Assembly (NCBI GenBank): GCA_002269645.1 | Contig: NIVC01000482.1 | Coordinates: 62,001-126,000, forward strand | DNA length: 64,000 nucleotides | Source: Macrostomum lignano | Taxonomy: Eukaryota | Reading direction: 5' to 3' | In this document: positions 58,185 to 64,000 of the stretch, one piece after another | Layout of the letters: every line of letters begins with the position of its first letter | Position numbering within the stretch: the first letter of the stretch is position 1 | Program-made: the position numbers and the translations under genes | Notes under the pieces: model-generated | The model's database searches: none | Told to the model about the DNA's origin: nothing | The model's input: the letters and a program-made list of their open reading frames with translations, nothing else

Positions 58185-58477
58185 ATCGTGGCAAACGATC
58201 TATCCAGGCCCTCGGGTATTTTGAAGCTTCACAATACATGTAGCAATCCGGGCCGCTCAAGGCTTGTGTCTCTTCTCAGCTCTTCTTTCTAATCTCTTCT
58301 CTTCTCACGCACTGTCCTGTCCTCTCTCCTCTCATTTATTCATTCGCCTCTCCCTTCTCCAGCTATTTCTCTTTTCTCAATTCTCTGCCCTGTCCTCTCG
58401 ATCTCTGCCCCCTGGCCCGCAGACATGCGCTAAATTCTCCATCTGGCCGTTGAGTTGAAAAAGTTTGCCGACCCCTG
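58185..58477 (-). mobile_element. AG-core MITE copy
   Basis: Ends AAAAAGTTTGCCGACCCCTG. The reverse complement reads CAGGGGTCGGCAAACTTTTTCAACTCAACGGCCAGATGGAG..GCGGGCCAG..GAGCTGAGAAG..CCGGATTGC..GTGAAGCTTC..CCCGAGGG, collinear with 4034-4657. Confidence 0.7.
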
Positions 58478-59384
58478 ATCTAATACAAAGACGAAATTAT
58501 AGTGCACTTTGTACTTGCAGATTTTCGCACTTTAACTATTGACCATTTTGTTAAACCAAACTGACAATGCATGCTTTTCACTAACGATCCGCGCCTGTCA
58601 AGGTGTTAAGCTGTTCAATACAATTCATCCAGCGAGCCGAGCTGCCCATGTAGCTGTTTAGTTTGCAACACACCGAAATGACTGCATTCGCAGCTGGAAG
58701 AAGTTCCAGCGCATCCCAAGATTTACAGCCGTCGTCTGTTGCAGAGAAAAAAGATGCAGAACTTGCCGCACCCGATCGTTGCAGCAATTGCAAAGACAAA
58801 TCGTTTTTCGGCTTGTGTGTGAGGATTTTGCGGTGCATTTGTCACATAGGAAGTTGTTTCAGAAAATTCAAAGCTACATAGAGTAATATTGAAAGGCCTG
58901 GCACTAGGTCCAGCTTGTTTGGGACAATACAGCTAGCAGATGAATCGATGGGGACCGAAGCTGCAGAGGAGGGGGTCAGTGGAAAATGCTAGGGCAGAAG
59001 GATGCCACTTGCTACCGTTGCTACAACTTTCCTGTTTGAAAAAGTGTCAGCCAAGGTTTTGTTTAAGTTTAGGAGACGGGAAACCATTTCAGCGCTTGTT
59101 CCAAAAACAGACCAATGGTGGCTTCGAAACCTCACCGCAAGCACACACAGAGAAGTAAAACAGTAAATGACAAGTGGCTGGGATGATAGACAAACATGAT
59201 GTTGATGTACCATTGGTTTCTTCACACACAGTAGTGCACAAAAGGTTCATGAAAAGTTTGACACCTTCGAATCTTGACCAGCTTGGTGACTTATCGGGGG
59301 CGGGGGTAAAATATAAATCATCATCGGCAAAAAATGCTGTCAGAAATGTTAAAAACGCTGAGTGCCCGCCTGTCTATCGCCAGT

Positions 59385-59640
59385 AGGATGCCTGCAGCGT
59401 CAGCAGCAGCATCTCCAGCACCGACTACCAGCTGGAGTCGCCAACGGCGCAACATGTCGCTTGGACGGACCGGTGTTCCACGCTGGTAACTCGCTCATAG
59501 CCGATCTTGAAGGCCAGCGCACCAACCTGTGGTTCAAGCGAGTCTTTTCATCATCCAAGTCTCGGCGTTGTACAGCAGAACGGTCTCGACTACCGCTTGA
59601 AACAACGCCGCCCTCTGGCGGTCTGGTAGGGCCTCGGGCC
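59385..59640 (-). mobile_element. Fragment of RTE-like non-LTR retrotransposon (post-RT region)
   Basis: Minus strand reads LPDRQRAALFQAVVETVLLYNAETW, later MLRRWRLQL and MLLLTLQ. This resembles the LF.A.VES.LLY..ETW and RR.LQLAGH motifs after RT in RTE-clade elements; interrupted by stops and frameshifts. Confidence 0.6.
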
Positions 59641-60297
59641 TCAAACGAATAAAAGGCAGCCCAAGAAAGTCCACGTCAACGCCGCGCATCCTTGCAGAAG
59701 TCAGGAACCAGAAGGTGAATGCTCGTAATACAGGCAGCAGTGTGCAGTCGGATAACAGGGCAAATCGTAATAGGTTTATAGAAATTTTTGCAAACTTTCC
59801 AGGCCCTGACTGTAGAAAATCAACAAGTTAACAAGAAAACGCAGTTCTGCAGTGCAAGCGCACACAAATGCAGCTCGCATTTCCAGACAGAAAAACAAAT
59901 GGCCTCATTAAAACAACCTTTTTTCGCTGTTCTAGAGCGTGCTCTGAATCCTTAAAAATTCATTCTGCTGGGAGGTATGCAAACACTCGTCAAGTAATTT
60001 GTGAAATGATGGGTTAAGAGCGCGCAAGTATTGGTTGCGTGAAGCGAGACCAGGCACACCGTGGCGTCGTCAACAAGTGTTAGCTTTAATCCGACTCTCT
60101 CCTCACCAGCCAAAGTTAGGGGCGTTGTGACGCAAATTGCATCGCCCACAGTCGAGATGGCGTGGTGTAAATTGCGTCACTTTGGTCTGAACTCTGAGAA
60201 AAGTTGACTGCTGCATGGTTTCGGGTGGAAACTTGAACATTCTGCTGAGCGTGAGGTGTCATCTTGCTGTGACTACAGTCACTATTGTGACTGTAGG

Positions 60298-60575
60298 CAG
60301 TGGCGTAGCCAGGAATTTCAATTGGGGGGGGGGCGGGTTGGCTTGGCTGGCCATGCCTTATGCCATTGTCACTTTTGGCGCCGCAGGCACTCATTTTGGC
60401 GCCGCAGGCACTCATTTTAGCGCCGCAGGCACTCATTTTGGCGCCGCAGGCACTCATTTTGGCGCCGCAGGAACTCATTTTGGCGCCGCAGGCACTCATT
60501 TTGGCGCCGCAGGCACTCATTTTGGCGCCGCAGGAACTCATTTTGGCGCCGCAGGCACTCATTTTGGGAGGCGCA
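60298..60575 (+). mobile_element. MITE-like 5' end (CAGTGGCGTAGCCAGG..poly-G) followed by a 21-bp tandem array
   Basis: CAGTGGCGTAGCCAGGAATTT..GGGGGG, then about 9 copies of TTTTGGCGCCGCAGGCACTCA (60373-60565); no matching right TIR found. Confidence 0.45.
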
Positions 60576-61269
60576 AATTGCTAGTCATACATTGAAGGCG
60601 TTGTATCAGGATGCCCACAGCCTCTCCTGTGAATATTTATGTATTTTATTGCTCCATAAATGTTGAAATGTCCCCAGGATTTTTCGTAAGAAACAGAAAT
60701 GCATGCCACACACAAGTAACTTGCACAACGGTAAATATGGCAGTAGTCCAGAAGCAAAACATTCCAGAACCCACTTATCCTGGGACAAAATTTATCAACT
60801 ACAGCCTAACTGAAGCTGATGGTCGCTGAACTGCCTTAACACTACACGATCCCTTACAATGAATGCCTCTCGCTGCATCATGAATGACAATCGATATATA
60901 TATAGATAGACATACCGTCAGCGGGGTCAGTAAACTATCTGAAACTACTACATGATTTATACGTTCTGATCTTCTGCCAGCGATAAGCGGAACCTCTTTA
61001 CCATCCTTTCAAATGCTGCAGATTAGATCCAGGTGTGCGCACTGTATATTGTTAAAGAAAAGTACGGAAAAACAATATATATAAACTGCAGTATTATACG
61101 AAGACTAGTGGCTTCTTCGTAAAAGGCCATAGTTTCAGTGGAACGACATTTTTTTCCTCCTATATGTTTTTCTATTGCGATTCATACAGAGACACGGAAA
61201 TTCCAATAGAAACCCACAAATAAGCCTGAGCATCATCAGTGATATTTTAGTTCAGCAGTTCCTGTCATT

Positions 61270-62030
<761 letters not shown>

Positions 62031-62936
62031 TTATATAAATTTCATGCTATCGAAATGAAATGAACCACTTCTCATGTACTTCCTAACACCTTAAATCCAG
62101 GGCTTGCGGACGCCGCCAGAGCCCGCATGCACACACCGGTCTAGTGCCATTTTCACGCTTGTCCGCAGCGGAATTCTGCACGCCTTTTTGCCGTTCCAGA
62201 TTTCTTTGCGAGTCCCTCCCATTCTTTGAGCTTGCCGCCAGCTGGCCAGAGCCCAGGCAGTTCTGGGGGAGAAGGAGAAGAAGCAAGTGGGAGGAGAGCT
62301 ACGTCTTGGCCTGGGCGAAAAAAATTGGGAAAAATTGACGGTATCGTCTACTCTCCCAGGTCTTTTTCGCGTCATTCAAGCTCGCCCGCTATTCTAAGAA
62401 ATCGGATCCCGACTCTCGGCTGTTGGAACAGCGCTGGACCTTCTCTGAGACGGGTTACGGGACCGCGGCCAGGGCGTCTCCTTCTCGCGGTCTCTTCTCT
62501 CGCATCCGACTCACACTCTGACTCTCCCCCACAGAGTCGCGCCTATGTAGCGGAAATCTTTAGCTACCTCAGACGACGTCAAATGTAAGAACTGAGAGGA
62601 ACGAGGAAAGCACTGCCTGCCTATTCTGGTTGGCTCTCGATCGCTCTCCCAGCCATCGAGTCCGACAGGCAGCCACCTCCGCAATGGGCTCTGAGGTCTG
62701 CCGGTCATTGGGCCGCGCGGGTTTCTCTTCTGCAATCGCTTTTTGCCTTCTAGATTCTCCCCAGAGACGAGGAGAAATAGGAAAGGGGGATGAAAACATG
62801 AGGAAAAAAAAGCACAGGGATTTAAAGAAAAATAGAAGAAAATATCAGGAGCATCAGCTGAAAGACGCCGCTTAGATAGACTACTAGGACGCTCTTGCTG
62901 AATTCCCTGGCAAACCTCTGACTGCAACTAGTAGCG

Positions 62937-64000
62937 ATGTCGTCAACCAGCTACTGCCTGCCGAAAGACCTCAGTGTGATTGGGAATGTCACCGCGAATG
63001 GCACCGGCAGCTCTGCCGACGATGCCTTATCCGTGTACGAGGTGGTCTTCTACGCTTTGCTTGCCACCGCGGCCAGCGCCGTGACGGCGTTCGGCAATCT
63101 GCTGGTTCTGGTGTCTTTTCGCATCGACCGGCAGCTGCAGACGGTCAGCAACTATTACTTGATGTCTCTTGCGGTAGCCGATCTCCTCATAGGCTTTGTG
63201 TCGATGCCTATCTATACTGTCTACCTGTTGGTCACTTACTGGCCATTTGACATTATAGTGTGCAACCTGTACCTCTGCTTTGACTACACAATGTGTAACG
63301 CGTCTGTAGCCAGCCTCCTTATTATCTCCATTGACCGATACCGCTCGGTGACGAGTCCCCTTATCTACAGGAGCCAGCGAACTCCTAAACGCGCCCTGAT
63401 AATGATCACCTGTGCCTGGGTTGTCTCCATCATCCTATGGAGCCCCCTAATCATCTTATCTTCGGCCACTAAGGAGGACAAAGTTGCCACAGTCTGCCAG
63501 GTGGAGTTCATCAACGACAATCCCTACCTGACATTTTTCACGTCGATAATGGCATTTTTTCTTCCTGTAACCGTCATGACGATTTTGTATGTCCGCATCT
63601 TTCGCGAGACGAAAAAGCGCCAACGCGAGCTGCAGAGTCTTCAAGCCGGATGCGGCGGTGGCGGCGGAGGAGGATCCACAGCGGCGGCAGCATCGTCGAA
63701 CGACGAATCTCGCACGCGTCACCAAAGTCGACGTCGTCGCTTTGACGGCAGATCCTTACTGCGACGCTGCGTCCGCGGTTTAGTTGACAGCGACGACGAC
63801 GGGGGCAGCGGCGACAACAACAACGACGGAGACAGCGGCGGCGGCGTCGGCGGCGGAGCAGCCGTAACCGAGGAGGAAGCCGACTGCTGGGAGACTGTGC
63901 GCGAGGACCGGCCGGTGTTCACGCAACATTTCCCCAGGTCGACGTCGTATTTTCGAGTCAACTACCAGGCGGGCAGGCGAGGCAGACCGGCTGAATCTTC
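62937..64000 (+). CDS. Muscarinic acetylcholine receptor-like class A GPCR, 5' part (TM1-TM5 and start of ICL3), truncated by window end
   Basis: ATG at 62937 follows an in-frame TGA at 62919 and the frame stays open to 64000. GNLLVLVSFRIDRQLQTVSNYYLMSLAVADLLIG, CFDYTMCNASVASLLIISIDRY, RTPKRALIMI..AW, LWSP, CQVEF, AFFLPVTVMTILY.RIFRETKKRQREL, then a Gly/Asp/Ser-rich ICL3. N-terminal sequons NVT and NGT. Confidence 0.92.
   Translation, partial: MSSTSYCLPKDLSVIGNVTANGTGSSADDALSVYEVVFYALLATAASAVTAFGNLLVLVSFRIDRQLQTVSNYYLMSLAVADLLIGFVSMPIYTVYLLVTYWPFDIIVCNLYLCFDYTMCNASVASLLIISIDRYRSVTSPLIYRSQRTPKRALIMITCAWVVSIILWSPLIILSSATKEDKVATVCQVEFINDNPYLTFFTSIMAFFLPVTVMTILYVRIFRETKKRQRELQSLQAGCGGGGGGGSTAAAASSNDESRTRHQSRRRRFDGRSLLRRCVRGLVDSDDDGGSGDNNNDGDSGGGVGGGAAVTEEEADCWETVREDRPVFTQHFPRSTSYFRVNYQAGRRGRPAES

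Noticed and set aside
58581-59386. ORFs between the MITE and the RTE fragment as exons or a transposase
   Set aside because: No identifiable motif and no phase-consistent splice sites.

Overview
Eukaryotic (invertebrate bilaterian) genomic DNA with GC-rich exons and introns packed with micro/minisatellites. The style suggests a flatworm such as Macrostomum, but that is inference. I reconstructed five protein-coding genes by hand from splice sites and reading phase: (1) a cationic amino-acid transporter (SLC7A1-4/CAT family, +, 5 exons, 2946-8039); (2) a 17-exon POMGnT1-like GT13 gene (-, 9120-27518) with an intact frame but substituted catalytic and lectin motifs, the best candidate for something new (a pseudoenzyme); (3) an intronless CHMP6/VPS20 (-, 30968-31609); (4) an FMR1/FXR orthologue (-, 7 exons, 34021-52915) with a 14-kb first intron that is strongly CpG-depleted and full of TE debris; (5) a muscarinic acetylcholine receptor-like GPCR (+, from 62937, running off the window and absent from the ORF track). 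Mobile DNA includes a decayed, 3'-truncated R1/LOA-type LINE, an RTE-like fragment, several hAT-type MITEs (one family with an expandable AG core), a foldback-like element and a Helentron/DINE-like element. Most long ORFs in the supplied track are tandem-repeat artefacts. All coordinates, alignments and counts are manual. Human reference motifs are recalled from memory and need checking.
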